Positions 25,602 through 34,504 of a DNA stretch of 43,865 nucleotides are shown here, in pieces (within the stretch, counting starts at the first letter, position 1; each line of letters opens with the position of its first letter). The notes under the pieces are model-generated. The model saw nothing but the letters and a program-made list of their open reading frames with translations. It did not search any database and was not told the origin of the DNA. Position numbers and translations under genes: made by a program. Origin of the DNA: Escherichia phage vB_EcolP_P433.1; sequence record MN384978.1; one strand, written 5' to 3'.

Positions 25602-27151
25602 TACGCCTCCTTAAGTTCTTGTTGAATTATACCCGGCACGGCCTTAGCCACACCTTCTTCAAGCATCTGTGCTTGCTGTGCTTGCATCTGCGCTTCCTGT
25701 TCTTGTGCCATCTCTTCAGCTGATTTAAGGAACGGCAGTTCAGCAGAGATTTGACCACGTACCCAATCCATATAGTCAGGCCATTTCACAGCAGCTATGA
25801 CAGGCTCAGGCCATTGTAATGGCAGTGACATATACTGCGCGAAGTTAGCCAGTTTATCCAGCTCAGCCATTCGTCCTAAAGCTTCAATACCTGTGATAAT
25901 CACAGGGTCCACTAAGTCACTAGTGAAGGACTCTCCTGCCTCCAGCAGACCCCACATCGCTACTGGCGATTGCATAGTAGTAGCAAAGAGGGAATACACA
26001 CCACCCATGTTCTGCTCAATCTCTAACGCATCTCGCTGGATTTCTACAGCAGTAACACGTTCGGCGTCACGGCGTGTCATTGTCTCCATCATGAAGACGA
26101 CACCGATACGGCGAGTGTATACCTCTAGAACCGCGCTAATAGGTGTGAGGTCTGCATACTTACCTAACTGTACAATATGGATATCTTCTTCTACACCAGT
26201 GACAACCTCACCAGTACCAGAGTTAACAAAGTGGTCAACATCAGTCTGAGCACCCGGACGAATCAGGTACTTAATGTCTGCCATCAGTGCAGCACCACGG
26301 GCAACTGCTTCAGATAGGAATTGGATAACGAATAAATCGCCGGAGTAATCCTCTGCAAGAGGGCGACCCCAATCCTCACCATAGCTTCGCTTCCAAGTTA
26401 ATGGGATGAATGGTAACTTTTCTGATTTGATTTTACTCACCTCACCCACAGGAATATCGTCCGCAGATTGCTTGAGTTCCCAAAATCCATCACCAAGATA
26501 CTTAGCGTGTGTGTACAGCTTGACGCTGTCATCTTCCTTGCACTTCTTACCTTTCAAGCCAACCTCTACTACAGCACGTGTAGCTGGGTCAAAGGTACGT
26601 AAGGCTTTCTCTTGCAGTAAGATAATGTCTAACAGGTCGCCATTGGTATCACGGTTAACAACATAGTGATGCATTGGGATAGCACTGATTGCACCTTTAC
26701 TCGGCTTGTATAGCATACAGCTACCAGCAACAATAAGATGCTTGAATGCTTCTACCACAGCAGGCCGGAATTGACGTTGCTCTAACTCTTTCATTGCCCG
26801 TGTTTCTACTTGAGCAAAGATAGTAGCTAGTTCTGTCTTCTTCAGGCCACGCTGGTTAAGAACCTTCTCACCTTGTGCAGTTAAGTCTACACGGAAGAAG
26901 GAACGCTGTGCAGGGAATAGCACTTGCGCTAGCTTGTTGGCTAGATGGTTAGTTGCCTGAGCACCTACACCTTGCCATCCATTCTGCGAAGTCTCATTAT
27001 CACCTTTGTCATTCATCAGATAGGGCAAGGTTAATCTGGAGTAGTGCTTCGCCCTATCAAGGAAAGAGCTACGTTTAGTGGAGAATTTCTCCCATAGCTT
27101 AGGTATCTTAGATCGCTTACCTCCATACTCCAAATCTGTGCTCTGTTTCAT
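25601..27151 (-). CDS. portal (head-to-tail connector) protein, gp8-like (516 aa)
   Basis: Size and position match T7 gp8 (536 aa); acidic Gln/Glu-rich C-terminal tail. Confidence 0.85.
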   Translation of the reverse strand: MKQSTDLEYGGKRSKIPKLWEKFSTKRSSFLDRAKHYSRLTLPYLMNDKGDNETSQNGWQGVGAQATNHLANKLAQVLFPAQRSFFRVDLTAQGEKVLNQRGLKKTELATIFAQVETRAMKELEQRQFRPAVVEAFKHLIVAGSCMLYKPSKGAISAIPMHHYVVNRDTNGDLLDIILLQEKALRTFDPATRAVVEVGLKGKKCKEDDSVKLYTHAKYLGDGFWELKQSADDIPVGEVSKIKSEKLPFIPLTWKRSYGEDWGRPLAEDYSGDLFVIQFLSEAVARGAALMADIKYLIRPGAQTDVDHFVNSGTGEVVTGVEEDIHIVQLGKYADLTPISAVLEVYTRRIGVVFMMETMTRRDAERVTAVEIQRDALEIEQNMGGVYSLFATTMQSPVAMWGLLEAGESFTSDLVDPVIITGIEALGRMAELDKLANFAQYMSLPLQWPEPVIAAVKWPDYMDWVRGQISAELPFLKSAEEMAQEQEAQMQAQQAQMLEEGVAKAVPGIIQQELKEA

Positions 27152-27152
27152 A

Positions 27153-27362
27153 TCACACCTTCAAGCTAGAAGCTACCGGACGGACAAGGCCGCGCTTACC
27201 TTTTGCAGATGCAGTGGCGTCATCATCTCCTGCACCAATCTGGATATCTTCAGCTTCAGTCTCTGGCTTACGCTCAAGCTGCTGTGCTGGCACTTTCGCT
27301 TCAATACGTGGTGCATCTTGAGCAAGACCGATAGCCTTAAATGCTTTCTTTACAACACCCAT
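27153..27362 (-). CDS. small hypothetical protein (69 aa), possibly gp6.7-like virion protein
   Basis: Position immediately upstream of the portal gene; no motif evidence. Confidence 0.4.
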   Translation of the reverse strand: MGVVKKAFKAIGLAQDAPRIEAKVPAQQLERKPETEAEDIQIGAGDDDATASAKGKRGLVRPVASSLKV

Positions 27363-27371
27363 GTTGTCTCC

Positions 27372-27860
27372 TTAGAACTTCAGGTTATACACAGTGCCAA
27401 ACGGTTCAAAGCCAAGTCGCTTATACATTCGTCCGACACGTTCTTCATTAATACCAGAGGCGATAGATAGACGAACCTCAGAGCATTCGTTATCACTAGC
27501 CCATTGCTTTAGGGCTTTGATGAGACGCATACCAAGTAGTGTCCCTCTCTTCTCTGGTATAATATAAAAGAGAATGTCAGAGGCAACTCTTACAGGTGTC
27601 CAAGGTGCTAACTCGTGATAGCCAGCCCACAGAAAACCTACAATCTGCCCTTCATCTACAGCTACCCATAGGAATAAATCTTCTCTACTAAGAGATGCGC
27701 AAAGATTATGTGCGCTTTGTTCTGCATTCCATGAGGCTGAGTGGTGGGCCACTACCTTGACTTCCTCTTCTACATACTTATTCCCAAGGTTTATAATCTC
27801 AGGGATATCTAGGAATGAAGCGGGACGTATCATTGGACCACCAGTTGTGCTCTGACGCAA
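27372..27860 (-). CDS. GNAT-family N-acetyltransferase (162 aa)
   Basis: C-terminal region KRGTLLGMRLIKALKQWASD...RLGF resembles the acetyl-CoA-binding motif A of GNAT enzymes. Confidence 0.6.
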   Translation of the reverse strand: MRQSTTGGPMIRPASFLDIPEIINLGNKYVEEEVKVVAHHSASWNAEQSAHNLCASLSREDLFLWVAVDEGQIVGFLWAGYHELAPWTPVRVASDILFYIIPEKRGTLLGMRLIKALKQWASDNECSEVRLSIASGINEERVGRMYKRLGFEPFGTVYNLKF

Positions 27861-28012
27861 TCCATGATGTAACGCTTCACTTCATCAACGATTAACTCTT
27901 CATGAGTCTTAGTTACCTTTGGAGAAGATGGCTTGAGAATCATCTCAAGCATCTCCATCCCCTCAAATGAAATCGTCGGTTTCTTCTTCATCTGTACCAT
28001 AGAGTTCCTCAA
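27830..28012 (-). CDS. hypothetical protein (60 aa; start uncertain)
   Basis: ORF between the ligase-side small gene and the GNAT gene; no motif support. Confidence 0.3.
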   Translation of the reverse strand: MRNSMVQMKKKPTISFEGMEMLEMILKPSSPKVTKTHEELIVDEVKRYIMDCVRAQLVVQ

Positions 28013-28178
28013 CTTTTTCTTTGATGGCTTCTACAGAAAGACCTAGTTCTTCTGCATCAGCCAGTAAGTTATACGGCACTTCCATGCCACAGGATAAAGT
28101 TTCAAAGATAGCCTCTGCTACCTCAACTGCACGAGTTGCCTTCATGCTATCAAAAGAAATCTGGTTCATCTTTGTCAT
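27963..28178 (-). CDS. hypothetical small acidic protein (71 aa)
   Basis: ORF in the replication/accessory block with an acidic C-terminus. Confidence 0.35.
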   Translation of the reverse strand: MTKMNQISFDSMKATRAVEVAEAIFETLSCGMEVPYNLLADAEELGLSVEAIKEKVEELYGTDEEETDDFI

Positions 28179-29115
28179 GTCTTAATTCTCCCGCTTTGGG
28201 CAGACGAATGTTGCCCTTGCTTGAATCCTGAAGACCTTTGACTTCAAAGATTTTACCAATGACATTCAATCGCCCGCCATGTTTAATATCGTGGAACATC
28301 TGTTCTGCATCTGCATGAGTCCACCCTTTACCTAACATAGCTTTGATTGTCTTGCCTCCTTTCCATTTGAAAATGAGGTTAGCTACCTTACCTTTGTACT
28401 TACCTTTGCCCTCTTCAAAGCCAATACAAGTAAGGTCATAAGTTACCTTACGTACTTCTTTAGTCTGACGATAACCTTTATGGCCTGCTTCATAGTCGCA
28501 GTCTAGTTTAAACACAGCACCCTCTCGGCCTGCGTCTATTTGCTCTTGCGCAAACGCTTCAACTTCTCGCTCATTATGGCAAGGAGTAATAGGAAGGATA
28601 GCGTTGCACCCGCTAAGATGAGCGCCGATGCGACGATGTAAAGCATCGTAACGTTTGAGATAAGAAACATCAGTGAATCCATCATGGAATGCCTTAATAG
28701 TTAACATATCGAAGAAGTCGATATACAGGTTGTCTTTAATCTGCTGGCCTATGAAATCAAGTGGCTCTGTGCGATTAGGGTTTACCACTCCTGATAGAGC
28801 TTCAAGATAAATATCAACAGCCATAGATTGCAACTCACCAAGATACAGCCCGACAGGAAATACACTAAATGTCTTTTCCAAGGCTTCAACATTTGCGAGC
28901 TTCTTACCAGTACGACCAAAGATGGCAACAACACCATCACTACGGACCACAACAGCACTGAATATTCCATCACGTTTCACCTGTGCATAACATGGAAATG
29001 TAAGTTTCTTCTCAGGTACTTCACCGCGATGTTTCACCAGCATGAATGGGTGATTGCGGTGGTCTTCTGGAAGACCTAAGAACTCAAAGATATTCATATC
29101 AAATATCCTCATCAA
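28150..29115 (-). CDS. ATP-dependent DNA ligase (321 aa)
   Basis: Adenylation motif I KxDG present as VKRDGIF; size comparable to T7 gene 1.3 ligase. Confidence 0.8.
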   Translation of the reverse strand: MMRIFDMNIFEFLGLPEDHRNHPFMLVKHRGEVPEKKLTFPCYAQVKRDGIFSAVVVRSDGVVAIFGRTGKKLANVEALEKTFSVFPVGLYLGELQSMAVDIYLEALSGVVNPNRTEPLDFIGQQIKDNLYIDFFDMLTIKAFHDGFTDVSYLKRYDALHRRIGAHLSGCNAILPITPCHNEREVEAFAQEQIDAGREGAVFKLDCDYEAGHKGYRQTKEVRKVTYDLTCIGFEEGKGKYKGKVANLIFKWKGGKTIKAMLGKGWTHADAEQMFHDIKHGGRLNVIGKIFEVKGLQDSSKGNIRLPKAGELRHDKDEPDFF

Positions 29116-29437
29116 TACATTCGTGACGATGCTTCTGGAACAACTCTTTATAGTAGTCTGCTTTCTTCAGGTCTTCTTCAGTATTGAACTTATTACCTGC
29201 ACGCAGACGATACTTCAAAGCGTTACCCATGCAATAGCCTGCGAATTGCTTCTCTGTCATGCTACGGGCAATGATAGTGATTGCTTCTACACCATCGAAG
29301 AACTCATAGTGCTTCGGCTTCGTAACCATATTGTTGTCCAACACGTTGGACTTAACCTTGGCTTTGCAAGTGTGAGGGTATCTATCGTCCTTCTCTAAGC
29401 AGGCAATGCAGGTATTATCATAATGATGTTGTAACAT
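29099..29437 (-). CDS. hypothetical protein (112 aa), possibly DUF3310-type
   Basis: Start placed at ATG 29437 with GGAGGA RBS (track start 29455 is GTG); Cys/His-rich N-terminus; the KPKHYEF...GNALKYRLRAG motif recalls DUF3310 phage proteins, a tentative match. Confidence 0.4.
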   Translation of the reverse strand: MLQHHYDNTCIACLEKDDRYPHTCKAKVKSNVLDNNMVTKPKHYEFFDGVEAITIIARSMTEKQFAGYCMGNALKYRLRAGNKFNTEEDLKKADYYKELFQKHRHECIDEDI

Positions 29438-29487
29438 ACTAATTCCTCCATTCACTATACAATCAAGGGCAAGCTAATACCTACCCT

Positions 29488-29510
29488 TTGTTCTATAGTG
29501 TCAACTAAAT
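29488..29510 (-). promoter_or_regulatory. phage RNAP promoter variant ATTTAGTTGACACTATAGAACAA
   Basis: GTT at -12 to -10; overlaps the stop of the phosphoesterase gene. Confidence 0.6.
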
Positions 29511-30536
29511 CTTACCAATCCAACGATTGTCACTATTGGTTTGCATCGGGACGATATGAGGTACACCCTCCAGAATAACAACACAACCTAATGCTGGCTT
29601 GTACTTAGATTCGCGCCCATAGGCAAATGCACGAGATGATTCGTCAATTAGACAGCCGCCCTGCACAGCCCAATATTGCTCATGAGTATTACGTGCATAC
29701 TCCACAGACATCTTACCATGCAAGTGACCACACACTAGATTCATACGCTCATGCGCTGCATCTGCTAGGACAGCGCCAGCAGGTTGATGCTTGAATGCTA
29801 CCTGTTCGCCATTCGGCAACTCAAGTACATGCGTATGCTGCCAATCCCACTGATCACCACCTCCCTGCGGGAAGAACACTTCTCGGTATGTACGCAGATA
29901 CTGCACAGGGATGCCTTTGGCGCTTGCCTTACGGAAGTGCATAGAGCCGTGATTAGAATGACACAGGCGCATTACAGGGAACATCTTGTGCAGCTTATGC
30001 ATGAAGACACGGGCCTTCTCTAATTCCATACCAGCGCTATCCAGATTGGGATCCGAGTCATGGAATGACAGGGCATGTTTATCTGCCTCATCACCTAGAT
30101 GAACTACAGTATCTGGACGATAACGTGCTGCCACTGCTGCAAGGAACTCTAAGGTGTCTGGATGCTCATAGGGTGCATGAGTGTCAGGGATTACCAGTAC
30201 ACTTCGATGAGGCGAGTCAGGCAATGGTACAATAGCCAAATCCTCATAGCGGTCAGGAGTCCTGAGCTTACGCTTTTCTTTGATACGCTTATCTTCTTGC
30301 AGAAGGGTCTGGTAATAATCACCATTCTTCTTGGTCTTCTTGAATTGACCATGCCAGTATCGAGCCAGCTGGCGGGTGATCTTCTTACCCACAGGGTGAC
30401 ACGATAATACTCGTGCCATCTCATTATAGTTAACATTACCTTTCTCGTCGGTAGCTTGCTCGATTGCATCAAGTACCTCGGAGTCTTTGTACAAGCTGCG
30501 AAGCTTACCCAACTTTAACCTCCTTCTTTCTTGCAT
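29505..30536 (-). CDS. calcineurin-like metallophosphoesterase (start uncertain)
   Basis: Motifs VIPDTHAPY, HLGDEAD, SNHG and GHLHG fit the D-x-H / GD-x-x-D / GNH signature; the track ORF reaches 30644 and overlaps endonuclease VII, so the start is tentatively placed at ATG 30536. Confidence 0.6.
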   Translation of the reverse strand: MQERRRLKLGKLRSLYKDSEVLDAIEQATDEKGNVNYNEMARVLSCHPVGKKITRQLARYWHGQFKKTKKNGDYYQTLLQEDKRIKEKRKLRTPDRYEDLAIVPLPDSPHRSVLVIPDTHAPYEHPDTLEFLAAVAARYRPDTVVHLGDEADKHALSFHDSDPNLDSAGMELEKARVFMHKLHKMFPVMRLCHSNHGSMHFRKASAKGIPVQYLRTYREVFFPQGGGDQWDWQHTHVLELPNGEQVAFKHQPAGAVLADAAHERMNLVCGHLHGKMSVEYARNTHEQYWAVQGGCLIDESSRAFAYGRESKYKPALGCVVILEGVPHIVPMQTNSDNRWIGKI

Positions 30537-30915
30537 AAGCAAGGCGTGCCTTACGGTTCTTAGCCTCGCGCTTCTCTGCCTCCGTTTGATGTTTGTGATA
30601 TAACTTATCTGTCTGAGGCGTACTATGTAACTTCCAGTATTCATACAGTCGCTCTAACCATTGAAGCTGGAAGTAACGGTTATTACCCGCCTTACCATAA
30701 CCAGAGATAACACCCTTAATCTTTCCTTCTGCACCATTGCAGCCTCGGCATACAACAGCACGGCAGAATCCTGTCTCATGGTCATGGTCAAGTACACGGT
30801 TTACAGGAGTAACAGCCTTGAGACTACCACCGCAGAGTGGACACTTCCACCCTTGCTTTTCTAGTAACTCTTTCTTATAAGCTGCTACCTCCGATGCTTT
30901 CAATTTGCTAACCAT
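30505..30915 (-). CDS. endonuclease VII-type Holliday-junction resolvase (136 aa)
   Basis: CPLCGGSL...LDHDHETGFCRAVVCRGCNGAEGKIK matches the T4 endonuclease VII zinc and catalytic motif (LDHDHE...CNxCN..EG as remembered). Confidence 0.75.
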   Translation of the reverse strand: MVSKLKASEVAAYKKELLEKQGWKCPLCGGSLKAVTPVNRVLDHDHETGFCRAVVCRGCNGAEGKIKGVISGYGKAGNNRYFQLQWLERLYEYWKLHSTPQTDKLYHKHQTEAEKREAKNRKARLAYARKKEVKVG

Positions 30916-31937
30916 TCCGCATCATCTCCCCACAAGATTGGGTTCTTATCGGCTCGCCATATATCTCCTTTGAATCTTGCCATGTGAGCCAAGCGACCAC
31001 ACTCAAGCATCAGGTCAAAGGCTTTACCGATACGATAACCCCCTCGGTAGTTTCTAATCTTAACTTGTCCATGCCCGAACTTAGCCTTGTAAGCACCAAG
31101 CACTGCCATGTACAACTCTTTCTCTGTCTTACAACCTTTGAGAAGATCATAGGCATACTTAGCACCACGACCCGGTATGCCAGAGTAATTATCGATATCA
31201 TCGCCAATAATCATCTGTGCATAATGGAACATGAGGCCAGCACCTTTTAGGTCTTTGACTTGACCATTAGCCTTACGGCGTAACTCGAGCCAACCCATAG
31301 GTTCTACCCACTTCTTCTCTTGACCCGGCTGAAGATGCCAACCGGGAACAATCATTAAATCCTTATCTAAGGAAACGATGCAAGTGTCAGAGAATGCTTT
31401 ATGCTCTGGACTACCGATAGGGAACTCGTTACCTGTATCTTGCTGGAAGCGGCGGTGGCTGTCCCATTGTGCAATGCTCATGAGGTCATCAGCTTCCTCG
31501 CCATCTGCCAAGATTGCACCATGAACCTCTAAGAGGTGCTCTCGCAATTCATAGAAGAAGGGAGGCTTCTCGGTCTTACGTTGACCCTTATAAGGTTTGG
31601 TGAAGGCTAGGCGAACACGGAAGTTAGCTTCTGATTTCGTCATGAATAACTTAGCTGCATCACACTCTGCTGCATACACCCAAGAGTTGAGCAAGGAGTT
31701 CACACGGTCACATGCTTGCTTACACTCAGGTGTATCTTTGATTGATGGGACTTGTCCTGACTTAACACGAGTTGTAGCTCGTACATAAGTCATGTCACTG
31801 ATTGTATAACCTACGATGTAGGGTAGCATATCAGCATCTATTAAAGCGATTCTATTACCTTCAGTTGGCCACAGGATGAGATTATTGTCTTCCGATACTG
31901 TAGCTCCGAAGTTGAAGTTTGGTCGCATGTAGGCCAC
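30900..31937 (-). CDS. 5'-3' exonuclease, T7 gp6-like FEN family (345 aa)
   Basis: GDDIDNYSGIPG matches T7 gp6 GDITDGYSGIAG as remembered; acidic cluster IALIDADML near the N-terminus. Confidence 0.8.
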   Translation of the reverse strand: MAYMRPNFNFGATVSEDNNLILWPTEGNRIALIDADMLPYIVGYTISDMTYVRATTRVKSGQVPSIKDTPECKQACDRVNSLLNSWVYAAECDAAKLFMTKSEANFRVRLAFTKPYKGQRKTEKPPFFYELREHLLEVHGAILADGEEADDLMSIAQWDSHRRFQQDTGNEFPIGSPEHKAFSDTCIVSLDKDLMIVPGWHLQPGQEKKWVEPMGWLELRRKANGQVKDLKGAGLMFHYAQMIIGDDIDNYSGIPGRGAKYAYDLLKGCKTEKELYMAVLGAYKAKFGHGQVKIRNYRGGYRIGKAFDLMLECGRLAHMARFKGDIWRADKNPILWGDDAEWLAN

Positions 31938-32137
31938 TCCTTCAAGATGTGCTCTACAACAGACTGAGCCACCTGAAGTGGGCTGAGGTCATAGTGATCA
32001 TCTGTATCGTGCAAATAATCATACTTTAAGAAAACCTCATCATCTAGCCACACTATAACACGAGTTATATAATCTCTGTGTAAGGCACTAAATCGTCTAT
32101 CGTAGTCAGCGCGTAAACGAGATTCAATAGTCGGCAT
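31841..32137 (-). CDS. hypothetical protein (98 aa)
   Basis: ORF overlapping the 5' end of the exonuclease ORF; the real boundaries are uncertain. Confidence 0.35.
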   Translation of the reverse strand: MPTIESRLRADYDRRFSALHRDYITRVIVWLDDEVFLKYDYLHDTDDHYDLSPLQVAQSVVEHILKEWPTCDQTSTSELQYRKTIISSCGQLKVIESL

Positions 32138-32256
32138 AATTCATTCTCCAATAACTATTACGCAAAAGACCCTGCCTACACTAAGGCAGACAGGGCATTA
32201 GATGAGGTGAGCGTGATAGCCACAACTAGGACTAACAGAGGCAACACCTGCTATTA

Positions 32257-32625
32257 TCAAAATTCTTCTTCTTCGCTTACCGGTACTTCCTGTGCAGCTA
32301 CGTCTTCTACTGCTTCAGCTTCTTCGGCAGCCTTAACTTCTTTCACTGGTTTACCAGCAGCAACCCAGTCCAGATATTCAGCTACGATATTAGCCTTACC
32401 AATCTGAGCTTTGTCAGCCTGCTCAGGGAAGCAAGCACGAGCGAACTCCAGACCAGCAGCGAAGTTACCCATGCTGTCAATTTTAGCTTGAGCATCTTCA
32501 CGTGTATCATAAGCCTTAGTGCCAGCTACCAGTTTGTTGGCTTCATCGACGATAACGAAAGACTCAACGGATACCAGATCAGCACCTTTAACAACACGGT
32601 TTACGATAGTTTCAATCTTGAACAT
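32257..32625 (-). CDS. hypothetical protein with acidic C-terminal tail ending in Phe (122 aa)
   Basis: Downstream of the promoter at 32676-32698; C-terminus ...EVPVSEEEEF resembles the polymerase-binding tails of T7 gp2.5 and gp4. Confidence 0.5.
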   Translation of the reverse strand: MFKIETIVNRVVKGADLVSVESFVIVDEANKLVAGTKAYDTREDAQAKIDSMGNFAAGLEFARACFPEQADKAQIGKANIVAEYLDWVAAGKPVKEVKAAEEAEAVEDVAAQEVPVSEEEEF

Positions 32626-32675
32626 ATTAAATTCTCCTTTTGTTTGTTATGGCATTATCGCCGATTAAAATTCTT

Positions 32676-32698
32676 CTCTTCTATAGTGTCCAGTAAAT
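32676..32698 (-). promoter_or_regulatory. phage RNAP promoter ATTTACTGGACACTATAGAAGAG
   Basis: Read as reverse complement; preceded 16 bp upstream by the palindrome at 32714-32729. Confidence 0.75.
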
Positions 32699-32713
32699 AC
32701 CGGACACCGATTT

Positions 32714-32729
32714 GTCTCACACGTGAGAC
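32714..32729. repeat. inverted repeat GTCTCAC-AC-GTGAGAC
   Basis: Read directly; begins 1 nt after the stop of the 72-aa gene and ends 16 bp before the promoter. Confidence 0.6.
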
Positions 32730-32730
32730 T

Positions 32731-32949
32731 TTATAAAACTGTGTTCACCTGAGCAATGTCGTGCGCCGGAAGCGATACGCCGTGGCGTTTCCCCGTAGCC
32801 GGGTCACTGTAGTTCACCACGTGCTGTCCATCGCGCCAGATGTAGTGCAGGTCGGCGTATGTCTCCCCTTCAGAGAAGGAGTGGAAAGTGCCACCTCCGA
32901 GCGTTGTGATACCTTTCTTGCAGTGCAGGGTTACGATTTGTACTTTCAT
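32731..32949 (-). CDS. hypothetical protein (72 aa)
   Basis: ORF immediately after the SSB-like gene; no motif support. Confidence 0.4.
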   Translation of the reverse strand: MKVQIVTLHCKKGITTLGGGTFHSFSEGETYADLHYIWRDGQHVVNYSDPATGKRHGVSLPAHDIAQVNTVL

Positions 32950-32958
32950 CCTTTCTCC

Positions 32959-33765
32959 TTAATATTCCGCGTCCTCATCCATCTCCGGTGCAGGAGTATC
33001 TTCTGCTTCAGGTACTTCCTGTGGAACAGACTCACCAGTATCCAGAGATTTACGATTAGCTGGAGTAGCATCCTCGTCATCTTTCTTCTTGGCTTTCTTC
33101 CACTCTGGGTCTTCTTCACGAGCAGCTTTAATGATTGCTTCTACGTGAGAACCAGCAACAGACAGGTTCTTACCACGAGGTGTTTCATTAAGGAAGTATT
33201 GACGCACCAAGTTAGCTGGGATGTCATCAAGGATTTCTTTGGTCAGCTTGTCGAAGGTGATATGACCTGTCATAGACAGACCTTCTTCTTCAACCTGAGC
33301 AATGACAAGTTTCTTCAGCTTGTCTGGCATACCACCAAAACCTTTCCAGTTAACATACTTGAATGACCCATCGTCATTCTTATCACCGGAGCCAACCATA
33401 GTTGCAGTCAGGCATTCACCAATGAAGTCATCGAAGCCACCAAGCAATTCTTTAGGGTCAACTGCATTCAGGAACTTAGTCAAGGTTGCCTTGTCCCCAG
33501 ACTTCAGAGGCACAGCCATCCACTGTTCCATGCGAGAATCATCTTCATTCTTGTCATCGTCACCCATCAGGACAATCTTAACAAGAACAAAGTTTGCTGG
33601 CTTCTTAACTTCAGTGGTATTACCTTTCTTAAAGATATCTTGGAAGGAACCCACATGAATGATGCCAGAGATTACTGCTTCGTGATCACCAACTTCAGGG
33701 TTCTTAAATACTTTACCTTCAGATTTAGTAACCTGAGCACCAAAATCAAAATCACCACGTGCCAT
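32959..33765 (-). CDS. putative single-stranded DNA-binding protein (268 aa)
   Basis: Extremely acidic C-terminal tail ending in an aromatic residue (...PEMDEDAEY) like T7 gp2.5; assignment otherwise positional. Confidence 0.45.
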   Translation of the reverse strand: MARGDFDFGAQVTKSEGKVFKNPEVGDHEAVISGIIHVGSFQDIFKKGNTTEVKKPANFVLVKIVLMGDDDKNEDDSRMEQWMAVPLKSGDKATLTKFLNAVDPKELLGGFDDFIGECLTATMVGSGDKNDDGSFKYVNWKGFGGMPDKLKKLVIAQVEEEGLSMTGHITFDKLTKEILDDIPANLVRQYFLNETPRGKNLSVAGSHVEAIIKAAREEDPEWKKAKKKDDEDATPANRKSLDTGESVPQEVPEAEDTPAPEMDEDAEY

Positions 33766-33950
33766 TTATTTAGTCTCCTATTGTCAGTTAGCTTTGTACT
33801 GAGCACAAGCATGTACTCACTAGAAAGCCCGATATAGTATCGGGTTGTGCAAGATGCACAATAAGGTTCAACGCTTTACAATCATAGGACGTGCTTAGGC
33901 TTACGCTCACTGAGCACCTTGGATTTACTGTCTCTGACAAACCCACCCTA

Positions 33951-33973
33951 TTGTTCTATAGTGTCCAGTAATT
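33951..33973 (-). promoter_or_regulatory. phage RNAP promoter AATTACTGGACACTATAGAACAA
   Basis: Read as reverse complement; overlaps the 3' end of the 125-aa ORF, upstream of the SSB-like gene. Confidence 0.65.
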
Positions 33974-34349
33974 ATTTGATCAGATTGTCTAACTCAATTT
34001 CCAGCATAACAATCTCTTTCTTCAGACTGTCAGATGCAGCCTGATGTACAAGAGCAACGGAGGCCTTGTTCTCTTCGAAATCAGCTTTCAGGTTGTCACG
34101 CTCTTGCTGGTGACGTGCCAGCATCTCTTCCACCTCTTTGACTTGACGTGCATTCAGGTCATCACGAGATGCATAGTAGCGGTTATGGCAGTCAATCATT
34201 TGAGAACTACGATGTTCTTCTACATCTACTTGTTCTTCTTCAATTTTGTTGATACGCTCTTGAATTGCAAAGATGGCCTTCTGCTTAAACTTATTAGATA
34301 AGCCACGAAAGTATTGGGCTACGAATACCAGAGTAGTTACCATAGACAT
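33972..34349 (-). CDS. hypothetical protein with hydrophobic N-terminus and coiled-coil-like remainder (125 aa)
   Basis: First gene after the promoter at 34414-34436; MSMVTTLVFVAQYF hydrophobic start. Confidence 0.45.
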   Translation of the reverse strand: MSMVTTLVFVAQYFRGLSNKFKQKAIFAIQERINKIEEEQVDVEEHRSSQMIDCHNRYYASRDDLNARQVKEVEEMLARHQQERDNLKADFEENKASVALVHQAASDSLKKEIVMLEIELDNLIK

Positions 34350-34413
34350 ATTTATATCTCCTATATTTACTTAATTACCTATACTACCTTATAAACCTAG
34401 ATTACCTAGGCTT

Positions 34414-34436
34414 TCCTTCTATAGTGTCCAGTAAAT
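34414..34436 (-). promoter_or_regulatory. phage RNAP promoter ATTTACTGGACACTATAGAAGGA
   Basis: Read as reverse complement; about 70 nt downstream of the DNA polymerase stop. Confidence 0.75.
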
Positions 34437-34504
34437 CATGTTAGACAAAATAAGTGGGAATAAGTTATTCATAAAGGCCACCCGTAAGTGACCTTGAGTA
34501 TAAC

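Noticed and set aside
29505-30644. Full 379-aa track ORF as the phosphoesterase gene
   Set aside because: Its first 46 codons overlap the endonuclease VII gene in another frame; an internal ATG at 30536 is a more economical start, though this is unverified.
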